DNA from: Eledone cirrhosa
Taxonomy: Eukaryota
Length of the DNA: 64,000 nt
Reading direction: 5' to 3'
NCBI GenBank assembly: GCA_964016885.1
Contig: OZ024741.1
Location: 239,382,001 to 239,446,000 of the forward strand
In this document: one piece after another, positions 1 to 13,559 of the stretch
Position numbering within the stretch: position 1 is the stretch's first letter
Layout of the letters: every line of letters begins with the position of its first letter
The notes under the pieces: generated by a model
What the model saw: only the letters and a program-made list of their open reading frames with translations
Told to the model about the DNA's origin: nothing
Database searches by the model: none
Program-made: the position numbers and the translations under genes

Positions 1-268
1 AAATTTAAATTGGATTTTTCCAGAAAGAATATTTAGTTTTTAATTCTTAGCTCAGTTTACATAACTACAGTCTTAGCATTTAAGTGAAATTGTTCATGTC
101 TAAAAATATCAATTTATACTTCCTCTCTAGAAACCTTCCTTATATACATATATATAACATATTGTCTGTAACAACATAAAGATATAGGCAATATTGTAAA
201 AGTTTTATGTTTTTCTATATATTGAGTGTATGTTGAAGGTGATATTCTTGTTAACTTCTCAGTCTAAC

Positions 269-387
269 TTAACTTACAACAACATCTGGTGTTGAAGGTA
301 ACTGTCTCTCTGGAGGTTTCACATATCTGTCTTGGTAATGGTCTCTCTCATTGTTGCTCGACACATCAGGTGGGACACCATAGATTC
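269..387 (-). CDS. Pcdh: Protocadherin A, last coding exon (GIYGVPPDVSSNNERDHYQDRYVKPPERQLPSTPDVVVS*)
   Basis: TTTCAG acceptor, phase 1 matching the previous exon, TAA at 269-271; same 119-nt coding segment in all six paralogs. Confidence 0.85.
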
Positions 388-1860
388 CTGAAACAAGTAC
401 ATCAACTCAACTTACTACAGAGTTCACAAACAGACAATAGTTATTTACTCATGACAATACTCAATCTCTTGTACACACATTCAACTAATATATAAAATAA
501 AATTTAAAAATTCCTTTTACAACAAAAAGCACCCAGTCAACCTTGCAAGGTAGTTGTGTTGGTGTCATGTAAAATGGGTTCCATTATACACTGTAAGGCT
601 GGTGGTACTATGAATGGCTTTCAGCTATAGAAAACCAAGCCAAAAGCAGGGCATTTGAACAAGATGTCACCTGACTTGTATGGACTCATAACATGACAGG
701 GTGTCTAACCCATGCAAGTATGGAAAATGGATGTTAAATGATGATGCTGATGACACTAGACAATATTTTGATATCTTAGAATACCTTTGCATCTGCAAAT
801 CCAACAGAAACAATCCCCATCATAATAATAATAATAGCTGCCATGAGAATTATTATAAACACTGTAGAGAAACACATAGCCAAAATCACAGGAATCATAC
901 AAATATGTCATCATTATCATCTTATGTCTGCTTTCCATGATAGCATAAGTTGGAAGTGTTGGTATGGTCTATGTTAATGCTCACCTAGACAGGTCAGAGA
1001 TATACACCTCACTCATGCATTCCATTGTTTCTATGGTCAGATGCCCTTTCTAACACCAACAACTTTACATGGGGTAGTGGGTGCATTTTACCATGGTGTT
1101 GGCACTAGAAAGATTGTCATTTACTCAACAAAACTAAAATCCTCTCTCCCCTACATTGTCTTTGTTCAATTGCAAACCACTTTACAAATTGTACTGAGTT
1201 CATTTTAAGTGAGACCAACACTAGAGAGGTTGCCTTGTTCACTGCATAGCTAAAGAGTCCTCTGCTATCCATGTAAATTCCATTCCTCCAAGGTACCTGA
1301 GAGTGTGATTAGAAAGGGTGTAATTGATGGCCAAGAAGTTCTAAAAAGTATGAAAATTATTATCATTGGGGAAACTGAGCGATAAGATGGTAAGGATGAA
1401 GAGGAACAGCGGAGGCTTTATTTTGGTTGTTGGTAGGAGGTTGTCAAGGAAACAGCATGGACAATGTAATGGGATAGCAGTAGAGATGAGTCATGGTAGG
1501 AAAGAGCAAGTGATGGATAGCAACAGATGTTTGATAATAAGTGAAAGTAGTATAAAAGTAGCTAAAAGTTTCATATGAAAAAGAGAAAGATGGTTAATGG
1601 TAAAAGGTAACAGAACTGACGATGGACTTGAGTGACGGATATCAACGGATATGAGTTGTAAATGTCAACTGCCTTATAAAGTAGAGGGTGATGAAACTGA
1701 ATATGGACCAATCTAATACTGAATTTGTGGGGTATTGGTGAGTGAGAGTGATAAAGATAATGGGTGATGAACAAGAAATTGAGTACAGATAGATAGAATG
1801 CTCTCCCTTGAAAACCAGTCAGTATTTATGTAATAAAGGACATGGATAATAAAAATAATT

Positions 1861-2046
1861 GTTTCTACTTTTGGCACAAGGCCAGAAAATAACCAGTGTA
1901 TTACTGGTACTTTATTTTATCGACCCCATAAGGATGAAAGGCAAAGTTAACCTCGGCGAGATTTGAACTCAGAATGGCAAGGGCCGTAACCCTATGCGTC
2001 AAAGCATGGCGTCCGACCCTCTACCGATACTGCCAATCCACCACCC
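1861..2046 (-). mobile_element. tRNA-derived SINE with a Meta-like central domain
   Basis: Minus strand GAGTTCAAAT B-box followed by GCCTTTCATCCTT..GGGGTCGATAAAATAAAGTACCAG; related copies at ~14791-14877, 32671-32785, 56411-56577, 62071-62195. Confidence 0.7.
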
Positions 2047-2229
2047 TTAGGGCGGTGAATGGATAATAAAAATAATGAAATGGTAATAATAATGTTAATG
2101 ATTATGATAATTTCTACATTTTCCACATTTTAGAGGAATGGGTATAATTAATAATATTGAACATAGTATTTAACTTGTATTTCTAAGCCAATTAATAATA
2201 AACTTAGCTGTTTTGGTTAAAAGGTCAAT

Positions 2230-2570
2230 AGATTTTACTGTCACAACATACTTGAACTGTGTCATAGCAGTGTCACATACAATTGAGTTGATAGATAATG
2301 ATGCTGCTGAACTGTGTTACAACAGTGTCACTGAGCTGACCTAACTGAAAAAAAGACTAGTCTACTGTACCACAACAGTGTCACAGAGCTGAACAAGCTC
2401 ATGTTAAGGTCAGTAGACACTATTATGTTACCACTGTTAGGCTGTATAACAATAGTGTTACAGAGCTGAGCTAGCAAATGTAAAGTCAGTAGTCACTATT
2501 GTGTCACAACAGTGTCATACAGCTGACATAGTTGATGTAAAGTTCAGTAGTTGTTATTGTGCAACACTGT
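2230..2570. repeat. Degenerate ~55-60 bp minisatellite in a gene A intron
   Basis: Recurrent ACAACAGTGTCAC..GAGCTGA and GTCAGTAG units. Confidence 0.6.
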
Positions 2571-2816
2571 TGAAGTGAAGGACAGGAAAAAGTAACTAAA
2601 CTTTGCCCAATTCATCCACTTAGCAATAAACAGATACATAAAGACGTATGACAGATGTGGGGTTAGTTTTTAGATAGCAAATAAATTCGAACTCTAATAA
2701 TTCCATGGATAGATGAAGGCAAGAAATCTATCTATTGATCCTACTTGAAAAATTAAAATCAATCATTTGACAATCAGTGAGAAATAAAATATATTAAAAA
2801 TAATGAATTTGTTTAC

Positions 2817-2967
2817 CTGACATTGCTGGTATTTCTTCATACTGTCTACTTGACCTTTCACTCCAGCACTGTCCACTACTCTTACGACTCGTCAATGTAT
2901 CAGTGGGATAGTTAGAAGATGGTCTGTTGTCTCCATAAGATGTCACTTCTATAGGTTGACTGTATTT
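2817..2967 (-). CDS. Pcdh: Protocadherin A, cytoplasmic exon 2 (KYSQPIEV...YEEIPAMS)
   Basis: CAG acceptor (tandem CAGCAG), AG|GTAAAC donor, 151 nt, conserved in six paralogs. Confidence 0.88.
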
Positions 2968-4331
2968 CTGCTGTAAAATAAAGTTACAATATAAAGTGTA
3001 AAAAGATATTTCTGCAATAAAACAATAAGTCACAAGAGTGTAAAGGTATCACTTATCACTGACTGCCTAATGTCTAACATTGAATAAATCATAGTTGGGT
3101 GGAGTGGAGTTACCAATTTTGTCATAGTTTTACACATATTCACTTATAATTAAAACTATTGCTAGTGCATTATATCGATTAAATAGTTAAAATTTAAAGC
3201 ATTTACACACAGTTTCAAATATGACTGGGTAAGTTCCAAGATAAAATGAGACGAATTACTCAAAAATTTATAAGAGATGCTATAATTTACTTCTTGGTAA
3301 AATGAAATGACATTCCTATTAGAAATATTACATATATTCAATAAAAAATTAAAATATAGTAAAGTACTATCCACCACATATATATATATATATCTTGATA
3401 TCTCCAACTAAAATATTAAGGCTCTAATTTAACTATGTATAAACTGTCAAAATTGAAATACATAAACTCAACTAATATCTGTAGTAATTAATGGCACTAC
3501 CTTATCACGGCAGAACAAGTTGGTTGCGCTTGGTCAGTCGCCAGGCCTGTAAGTCGGCGGCGTAGGAATACCAGGCAGTGACTTCTGCCCAGCAAGCGAA
3601 TTCTCACCTTTTTTGACTTCTAAATAGTTGCAGCTTCATTTTTGTAGAGACAAGATGTTACTAATGGCGTTCCCTGGAGCAACTGGCAAGATGAAACATT
3701 TACCAAGGAACTTTGGCCCTCTTGGCAAGGGCCCAGCAACATCCTACCTAGATGTATGCCATAATATTTCCTCGCTGTGCTTACCTATTTGATCTTTTCC
3801 TCACCATGAAACACTAAACATGCAGCCTTATAACCTAATCTTCATTAAGGATCCTTCTCGCAACCAAAAAAATCATATTCTAAAGACTTATCTGCAAAAT
3901 ATCTTTCTTTCAGAACAATGTTAATGACAATTGCAACTATTGACGTCGGGATTAAAGCTTACAGCGCATTCTTGATTGTGTGAATAATGCTGTCTCTACA
4001 AATTTAGCTGGAACTCTCCGGACAAACAGTAGAACACCTGGTTTCAATGTATGAATCATATTCTATTCTACCGATGTTGGCTTTGCTTCAGTCTCATTTT
4101 CCAACTAACATAGATGTTAATTTTCAAAAAGGAACAAAAATATATTCCAACACCAAGGCAGAAATAACATTTTTTCAGTCTCAGATATTCTATATTTTCA
4201 ACATTTGGAAGCTAAACAAAACATTTAAAATGTTCAACAAAAGAGAACCTGACAAAAAGGTAACATGAGATTTTAACATTCTTAATTAAATATTATATAT
4301 TAACAGATCAAAAATATTGAATTGACTTTAC

Positions 4332-6683
4332 CTTTGTGGATTTCTGAAGAGATCTGTTCATTGTTGATGTCTTCCAGTCTTCAGGATAATAATGGCTTCT
4401 AGACTGACTATATCTGTCTGATATCTCTCCTCGATTACCTGACATCACAGATACACTGTTGTTACCTTGATAGATCAACTGTCTCATCTCATTACGACAT
4501 TGGTATGCCTGTTTCTCTTCTGTTGTTCTAGCTGAGTTATTTCTTACATTGTTACATCTCACAATACACAATGTTATAGAAACCACAATAGCTATAGATA
4601 CTATCACAGCTGCTACTACAATGATAATCAACAATGTTGCATCTATTGTGTTATCAGTTGGTACATGGACAGCTGTGAACATTGGTGATGTCTTGTTACT
4701 AACAGTCAGTGTTAAAGAGACACTAGTTGTTGCTGACAGAACTGGAGTACCACTGTCTTTCACAACAAACTCCAGTTGATATGATCCAGCATCATTTTGG
4801 TAAACTGTGCGAGAGTAAGATAAGACACCAGTGAATGAGTCCAGTTTAAATAACTGTCTCTCATTACCTGAAAGGATTTCATACCTGAGAAAAGCATTCA
4901 TATGACTGTCTATATCAGAGGCTTTCAGAAGTGTGATGTCATTCTTACTTTGTGGATGATAGTGGACATCAAGAGTGAAAGGGTCAACACTAGGAAATGT
5001 AAAATATGGAGCATTATCATTTTTATCTAATACTTCCACTTCAACATTTACTGTGTTATTTAGAGATGGTGTTCCATTGTCTTTGACTAAAACCTCAAAA
5101 TCATAGAAATCTCTGTGTTCTCTGTCTAAAGATTGGTTTGTTGAAATAAAGCCAGAGTTGATAATCTGGAATGGTAGATGATATTGGTGTTTATTTCTCA
5201 GATAATAACTTAATTCACCTCCCTTACCAACATCTGGGTCTGTAGCATTGATAAAACCAATAGGGAAATTAGCTTTGTCATTTTCATAGGTAAGGAACTT
5301 GAATGTATCTTTGGTAAAGTGTGGTTTTACATCATTCACATCTAACACTTGTATTGAGAGATCTTTATCAGTTTTGAGAGGAGGTAATCCTTTATCTTGA
5401 CAAGAGACAGTGAAGTGATAATGTTCCTGTGTCTCTCTGTCTACTGCTTTCTTTAGAACTATTTTATATTCCTTAGATCCCATTGACTGTAGTTTGAATG
5501 TATCGTGTTTAATATTACAGCTGACCTCTCCATTGTGTCCAACATCATTGTCAGTGACCATCACATAAGCAATGAAACTACCAACTTTGATATCTTCCAG
5601 AATGGTAGCTGTGTTGTGATTTGGTGTAGAAATATAGTTGACATCAATATTTGGAGGATTGTTGTGTTGGTTGATAACATTTACCATAACAGTTGCTATA
5701 GAACTGAGTGGTGGAATTCCATTATCTTTGGCTTTCACATATACTTTAAAAGACTGTTTTTTCCCAAGATTTAAAGGTTTTTCTAAGAACAATTTGCCAC
5801 TACTTTCATTTAAATGAAAATAATTTCTGATCTTCTCATCAGTTTTCTGACTAAAATAGAAAGATATTTTACCATTCCTGCCAATATCTAAATCATTGGC
5901 TGATAATGTCACTACTGGAATATTCTTTTTATGTTTATGTTCTATTGAAACATTGTAGATACGTTGGGAAAATATTGGTATATTATCATTTTCATCTTCA
6001 ACAGATATTCTAACATTTAAAATACTTTGTTTTGGTGGAGTTCCTCCATCTTTAGCAATGACGTCAATATTGAAACTGTCTTTCTTTTCCCTGTCTAATT
6101 TATCTTCTAAAATAATTCCTAATGTTGATAATCCATCATCTTCTTTCGAAACACTTAATGAAAAGTGTTTATCATCATCTCTCAATTGATATTTGATTAA
6201 GCTGTTCTGATATCCTTTATCTTTATCTATGGCATTAGGAATCGTTTTCTTCATACCTCTACCATCTCCTTCCCTAAAATTTAGAGTGATTTCTTTCTCA
6301 GGAAACTCAGGTTGGTGGTCATTGATGTCTTCTATTATGACTTTAATTTTTAATATCTTCATAAATGTCTTGGATTTGTGAACAGCAACTTTAATTATTT
6401 CAAAACATTCTTTCTCATAACTACACACAGACTCAGCATCCAATGTCTGAACAGTGTACAGTTTACCTGTTTTTGTCACATTGAACAATTGTTCTCCCTT
6501 TTGTTGTAGTTGACTAAATGTAATTAAATCCTTATTCTGTAAGAAGGAGCTATCTGATGTCTGTAAGTCAGTAGCAATGTCCCCTACATAAGTATAGGGA
6601 TTACTCTCTTCTTTAACATGGTATGTGATATATTCACTAAGATAACAGTGGAAGAAAGTCAGTAAAATGCAGAAAAATAACAT
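4332..6683 (-). CDS. Pcdh: Protocadherin A, large exon (signal peptide, EC1-EC6, TM, proximal tail; 784 codons)
   Basis: Six cadherin repeats (DRE, DxNDxxPxF, AxDxD motifs), EC1 C-x5-C, hydrophobic TM; donor AAG|GTAAAG at 4332/4331; acceptor at 6740. Confidence 0.96.
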
Positions 6684-7324
6684 CTCTGCTCCTGATGGTA
6701 ATACAATATCCAGATGAAAGGTAGTTATAAATGTTCAATCTGAAACAAAACAAAAAAATGATTACATTTACAAGAAATAAATAACTTTTTCCGTCACGAA
6801 AACAACATTGTATAATACCTGATTAAAATGTTTCTCGTATGGTATTTGATATAATGTAAAAGTCTATATATATATTTATATATATGTGTGTGGGGGGGGG
6901 GGGGGGGGGGAAGTGTGTGTGTGTATATATATGTGTATATATACATATTACTGAGTCACAGGAACAATAGAATATTGTTGGTTTAGCACTGGTTTACACC
7001 CATTTAAGCTGATTGTACAAATTTTAAATATTTACATTCTGGTTTATTCCAAACTCTTAACTGTATTGTCAGTTTTAATATGACTTTCAGATAAAGCAAC
7101 ACATATTTATGATAAACACTTTGAAGTAAATAGAGTAAAACTTCTACTTATACTACAACTGAAAATGAGACAGCAATATTGTGAGCATGATGGTAGCTAA
7201 ATTATATCAGATATAAATCCATTTCTTCAGAATATTTAACTAAACAGCACCATGTATATTTATGGGAAATTAAAACTGATTGTATTACATTAAAATCGGA
7301 TTTTGATTGAAAATAATACGAATA

Positions 7325-7339
7325 TTTGAATTATCTCCC
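7325..7339 (-). promoter_or_regulatory. Conserved upstream motif GGGAGATAATTCAAA (gene A copy)
   Basis: One copy seen upstream of each of the six Pcdh large exons; function inferred. Confidence 0.6.
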
Positions 7340-7404
7340 TTCGACATACCGACAACAGAGAAATTAATTCTTAACGGAAACATTTTAATAACTATAATAT
7401 ATAT

Positions 7405-8640
7405 AATAAAATAATAATTAAATTGTTGTGTACAGTGCTCAGGTGCACTACAACTCATCAAAGGCGAATGTATAGTACATAGAATAGTGTATAAATGTCA
7501 GGAGAGTGAACAGTGTATGAGTCCATGTGTGCATGTGTATGGAGGAGGGATATCGTGTAGTGTTGGCGGATTTCAGGAAGCATGGAGGTTTTAAAGGATG
7601 AAGTGTCCCGGCAGCTAACAACTGATGCAGGTAGTTTGTTCCATGCTTCAGCAACTCTGAACATGAAAAAATGTTTCCGAAAGTCATGGGAGCTTTCTGA
7701 CTTTGTAGGCATGCCCACAGGTGTTAGACACATGGAATTCAAAAAGGTGCTCAGGGTTGTTGTTGGCAAAATGGTTAATAATTTTGTGAGTGTTTACTAA
7801 GTCAGTTGCCAGACGTCGGAGCTTCAATGTATCCATGCCCAGGGAAGTAAGGCGTTCAGAGTATGGTAGATGTCTGATGGAGGGTATTCACTTGGTTGCA
7901 TGTCTCTGAACAGTTTCCAGGAGGTCACTGTTCTGAGCAAGATAGGGGTTCCAGACTGGAGATGCAAATTCTAAGTGTGGCCACACCATAGCTATAAACA
8001 GCTTTAAACAGATAGCTGGAGAGCGGCTGACAATGGTCTTGCTGAGTGATGCCAAGCCACCCTCTGCCTTCTTGACAATTTTAGAGATGTGCTTTATCCA
8101 ATGCAAATCGCTGCTGACAGTAATGCCCAGGTCACATTGACAAGAAGGCTTCTTGATATTAGTGTTGTGGAGGGAGTACGTGGACACTGGGTTTTTCCTC
8201 CCAAAATGCATGGTGGTACACTTGTCCACAGCCAACTTGAGTTGCCAGGCCATGATCCATTGCTGCATTGTGTCCAGGTCTGATTGCAGGAAAAATCTAT
8301 AGTGTTCAGGATCTGTCCTTTTTATCTCAAGGTACAGCTTGATGTCATCTGCATATTTCAGCACTGTGGCATTCTTTAAGTTGGCATCTATGTCGTTCAT
8401 ATATGCAACAAACAAAAGGGGACCAAGAACAGATCCCTGCAGTACACCAGATGACATCTCATAAGGTGAAGAATGCTGTCCTAAAACTGTGACTACCTCT
8501 TTTCGACTGAGAATGAAGGACTTCAACCAGTTAAAAAGATCATCTCTCACACCCATTGCAGAGACTTTTGCCATAAGTTTTTTGTGTGACACAGAATTGA
8601 AAGCTTTAGCAAAGTCAAGGAATCAGTGATCCGGGTGATG
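7405..8640 (-). mobile_element. 5'-truncated CR1-type LINE fragment
   Basis: ORF 7888-8592 with SGVLQGSVLGPLLF and KYADD RT motifs; HFFMFRVAEAWNKLP C-terminus; AT-repeat 3' tail. Confidence 0.88.
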
Positions 8641-9028
8641 TCTTCAATATCTTGTAAATATGGCGTGTATACCACAACTAAGTCTTAAAGCAATAATCGT
8701 AATAATGTTGTGCCATCTTCTGTCATGTATTTTGTAAAACTGGAAAATTGGATACTTGAAATTTTGAAAGTATAAATTCATATTAAATAATAATGATAAA
8801 TTCTAAAACTTTATTGCTTTACACATGTTTCGAGAGTAATATAAGGTTATGCATTTTTCTTATAAATATAAAGGTAATATCAGGAACAATAAAATATCGT
8901 CGTTATTACTTTTCTATGAATATAATAATATGTGGTTGGTATTAGGGAGGGCATCCAGCCGTAGAAAGCAAAAATCAGTTCTGTGTGAGCGAATCATGGT
9001 CCCCCGACCGGATCCCTCACAAAGGGAC

Positions 9029-9843
9029 TGTAGCGGTTGTCTCCCTTGTTTTGATTGGGATCTAGACGGGAAGTGGAACCCTTTCTCAAACTTCCGGTCA
9101 GAGCCCTATAAAACTAACAACTTTAAGCTTCCACCACTCTTTGCCTTTTCGGCACCAGGTCGAAGAGTCTTCTCATTTGGCTCTGCCATTAATTTGGCCA
9201 ACAGGCGCCTGGCCTTAGCCAGGCGCCCTCTGCCAGCCGCGTTTGCCTGGCATTCAAAACGGTAACTACTAACTTTGTTTCATTCTAACATCTATCTTTG
9301 ACATGTCAAGTATTCTATCTACCGTTAATTAAATATTATTTACACAAACATTGTCTCGTTTTGTTACATTCATACAGCCAGTACCATCCCGCTATATTGG
9401 TAACCCTGACGTGATACGAACACGCAGCCGTTCATCGCTATAAGTGGTCACCCCCCCCAAAAAAAGAAAAAAATAGCACATCTGGTTTTGTGAGTAACAT
9501 TACGAATACGCAGCAAATTTAGCGACAAACTATGAAAATACTCAAGGTCACGCACACACGCACATGTGGAATTCGCACAGACATACTTTTTCTCTCACGC
9601 ATCAATTAACTGTCGCATTTCACCAATATATATATATATGTTTCTCGTTTCTTACAACGAACACTTTCAAAACAAAAAAAACATTTCACGATATATATAT
9701 ATGTTTCTCGTTTCTTACAACGAACTCTTTCAAAACACACACAAAAAAAAAAAGAAATTTGATATTCTTTAAAAAACATTTCAACAGGAACATTTATTTT
9801 CGATGAACCATTGCCTTTTGTTCTTCGTTTTCTTCATCGTTCA

Positions 9844-9874
<31 letters not shown>

Positions 9875-11150
9875 CCAAAAGTTCACACCTATAATTATGC
9901 TGATTGAAGCCTTTCTTTTTCATCATTGTCACTTTCAAAATTGCACTATCATTTTCTCGCGCGTTAGAAATATTTTTTTTCAACCTTGTATTGGCACGTG
10001 TAGGCAGCATAAATTCTCGATTCACTGAGATGTCTCTTACTCACAGACAGCCGCACGCCATTTATCACCAGGGATTCTTCAGCCTTAAGCTATATTCTTC
10101 TATTTGCCGGTTTATAAATTTACAATGTAAATTTACCGTTGATAACCGCGCATTTATTAAGAATGCTTATTTCTCTGGTCGCTGGCCTCTTGACCCTTCC
10201 AGGTCAACGCATTCTCAACATCGACCATCAACTTCGGCTGCTATTTCTAGCACTTTGCGCAACTCATTTTTTTCTAAAAAAAAAAAATTTTTTTACTGTG
10301 AATTTAAACACCGAATACGCTCACTCAGCGAGACAACAGCAGCAGCAACAGCAATATAACAGCAACAGCAATACATCAACACAGCTTCACCAAAGCCAGA
10401 GAATTTATTTTTGCAGCACTCTTCCTGTGAGAAAATCCATTCGGAGGTTGGAAATTTCACGATGTACCACAGAACAGAAACCACCTGCATTCATTCTCTG
10501 GAACACACTTTCTTTCCTGCTGTCATGTGATTGCACACCTGTGAACTATATTTTGAACTTTGAGCTCTTTTATTACTTTTACTTTATTACATTGTATCTT
10601 TGGGTGATGGATAGATGGATGTCCAGTCGTTCTCTGGCCAAGAGCGGTTGGCTACCTTGATATCTATCATTGATTTTTCCAGACATTCTTTTGTCGTAAT
10701 TTTCATGCCTGTTACAACATTCTCGCCAACTTGCTACATATTTTCATTTCGATTTTTATACACTAAAATTCTGGCGGGAGGTTATGTAGCGGTTGTCTCC
10801 CTTGTTTTGATTGGGATCTAGACGGGAAGTGGAACCCTTTCTCAAACTTCCGGTCAGAGCCCTATAAAACTAACAACTTTAAGCTTCCACCACTCTTTGC
10901 CTTTTCGGCACCAGGTCGAAGAGTCTTCTCATTTGGCTCTGCCATTAATTTGGCCAACAGGCGCCTGGCCTTAGCCAGGCGCCCTCTGCCAGCCGCGTTT
11001 GCCTGGCATTCAAAACGGTAACTACTAACTTTGTTTCATTCTAACATCTATCTTTGACATGTCAAGTATTCTATCTACCGTTAATTAAATATTATTTACA
11101 CAAACATTGTCTCGTTTTGTTACATTCATACAGCCAGTATTCTCGCTATA
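9029..11150 (+). mobile_element. Non-autonomous LTR retrotransposon (TRIM/LARD-like) nested in an RTE-tail SINE
   Basis: Near-identical direct repeats 9029-9396 and 10785-11150; GGAC target-site duplication; tRNA-Trp-like PBS from 9398; purine tract before the 3' LTR; no pol ORF. Confidence 0.88.
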
Positions 11151-11329
11151 GGACTTCCCAACCTACCCATGATAGCGTGGAAGATGGACATTAAATGATG
11201 ATGAATGCTTACAGAATGAAAATATAGACACAAATATTATATATAATTATTTACTGCTAGGAACCTTATAAATATAATGCACAAAAATATATGATCAAAG
11301 TCAAGGAAAAAAAACAAAAAAACTATCAA

Positions 11330-12410
11330 TTCTCCACCAACTGCATCAGTTTATCATTCACCACAAAGGCCAATGGAAATTGTTCAAGCAACCCAACATG
11401 CTTAGAGCATTACCACAGGTGATGGCCAGGCTAAGGCACTGAAAAAGCCAGGCTCCTTCACAAGCATCACCTGACACCTCAGTAAGTGGTGAGTCGCTAA
11501 TGATGACAAGAACTTCACTGTCAGTAGTCCAGTTCCACCAAACGTCTCAAATGACACAGTCTGGAAAAAATAGTTATTTGATAGTTCCCAGTATTTTAAG
11601 ATTTTATTCCGTTTGTCTACGGAAGCAGTGACCCTCACATTTACCACGTCATCCATGCTGTGGGAGAGAGCAAAAGAGTCACTGACTGTGGCGTCCCAGA
11701 TGAGACATCTGTCTCTTACCCAGGGACAAAGGGTAAGACCATCTGGTCTCTTCCCATTCAATTCTGGATAATCCAGCTGGCTCCAGTACTGAAAGGATAT
11801 TAACCCAAGCTAGGAACCACTTGGTAATCAGGTTTAGCTCAGTGTGACGGGCGAAGTGACCATCTTTCAGGTTGCAAGACAAACCATGGTGGCCTGTGGA
11901 GTCGAGGGGCTTACCACAGTGACATCTCAGACTCCCTAAGACATCAGCTCCCACTCGGAGTGCAATAGAGATGCAGGACTCGTCCAGACTGAGAAGACCA
12001 CCAATTTGGCTACAGCCAGAGCATTAACCCAACGCCCCAAGAATTTTGCACTTGCAAAAAGTAAGCAACACCTTGAAAATTGATCAGATTGATCAAAGAA
12101 AGAGTTAAACATGTTGCTCAAATGCAGATTGTTCCACAGTCTCTGCTTCTGTCGATCCTCATCACTATCAGGAACTTACAAACCTAGCTTTCCCCCACTG
12201 TAGTAAAGCTTCATCCATCTCCCTGGTGGAACTGAATCATATTGTAAAGGAGAGGACATCACCTACTAAAGGGGAGCAAGAAAGCAAGGTAGAGATGGAG
12301 ATGAGCATTTACACAGGCTGAGACCTCCAAACAGCTTAATGTAGGATATCTTACACAAAATAATCGTGGGCCTCTGGAAAGAGTCTGACATTGACAAAGC
12401 CCTCGAGTTC
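11330..12410 (-). mobile_element. Degenerate CRE-clade (restriction-like endonuclease) non-LTR retrotransposon 3' fragment
   Basis: Frameshifted ORFs with a Cys/His knuckle (CHCGKPLDSTGHHGLSC) and RPDGLTLCPW..WDAT..KY..L..FETFG endonuclease signature; ends approximate. Confidence 0.78.
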
Positions 12411-13559
12411 ACTGAAGAAAATTCAGATTTATATTTGAAATTAAACGGTATTAAACAGTAATGATAAATTCAGATTTATCTTCTAAACAGATCAACATTT
12501 CCTATGTTTAACATTTTATATTCAATAAGTTTTTTCCAATAATTACAATATACCATTTTGTCAACATATCTACCTCAGCTTAAGATACATAATTTTACCA
12601 ATTTGGATATCTCCTTCAATAAAAGAATTTCCTTAAAGTAATATCATTCATTACTTCACTTTAATTATTACATAAGTAGCTAGCTAATGGTTAAAAAAAA
12701 GTGCATCGTTACAATAGTATTAAACCTGGGGAAAAAGTCTTCTATAAATCAAATATTCATAACATTAAATTGTTGCAGAATTTAGCAAGAGGCTTGCAAC
12801 AGAATATCATATATTTTGATTAAATATCAAAACAGAATTATATGAAACCACTTAATGTAGGATATCTTACACAAAATAAATAGTTAGCTAATTTATATTT
12901 GATTCCTACAGTTTAAAATAGAAATAAAATTATGTAAAATTTAAAACATATCACCAATGAATTTGATTATAACATTCTGAAATATGAATCAAATATTTAG
13001 TGGCAATCCTCTTCAAACCTACTTCAGTAATTTTGTTGTTTGGCGTGTGTACATTTTTATCTAGGAGATCTATGATGAAACACATGCCAGGTGCACTTGA
13101 TTTTACAAATTGTGACAAATTTTGGATGTATGTGTGAATGATGACCATCAATATTTTTCATAAAGACTTCAGGACAGAGATTACTCAGTTTTTATTGGAT
13201 TAAGATATGTCAATATGAATGGAAATTGTTGAAATATTACTTATATTTTTATAAATTATATTTAGTAGATAAGAAAACATATTTCAACATAAAATAATAA
13301 TCCTTATTAGACTTACCATAAATAAAGATTACCATACCCTTACAATGAGTGTGGGGGTACATATAACTGCAATACCATAACAAAAAATACTAATACATAT
13401 TAATTTTATTATCTGTCAACAATATCTTTGAAAAACCTCAATTTCTATATCTCAATGACATACTTATTCAATATTTAATAGCTAGCAAGATCATACAATG
13501 TTTTCACAGTAATTCAGTAAAATATATATAATAAGTAATGTTAAAATATAATAAATAAG

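Noticed and set aside
4308-4331. ORF-track C-termini after ..QKSTK (VKSIQYF etc.)
   Set aside because: Intron read-through past the conserved AAG|GTAA donor; the sequence differs in every paralog.
4549-4779. Repeated 76-aa plus-strand ORF (MLHLTIHNV..) and similar antisense ORFs
   Set aside because: Antisense shadows of the conserved Pcdh coding strand, mostly with non-ATG starts.
9398-9430. tRNA-Trp gene
   Set aside because: Only ~30 nt of the 3' end, at the LTR primer-binding position; no full cloverleaf.
9904-10660. 151 and 173 aa ORFs inside the LTR element as gag
   Set aside because: Low-complexity, no recognisable gag or pol motifs.
13311-13320. Strong minus-strand donor TG|GTAAGT as the end of a private first exon for gene A
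   Set aside because: The paralogous position upstream of B (~25681) lacks the GT; not conserved, though not excluded without transcript data.
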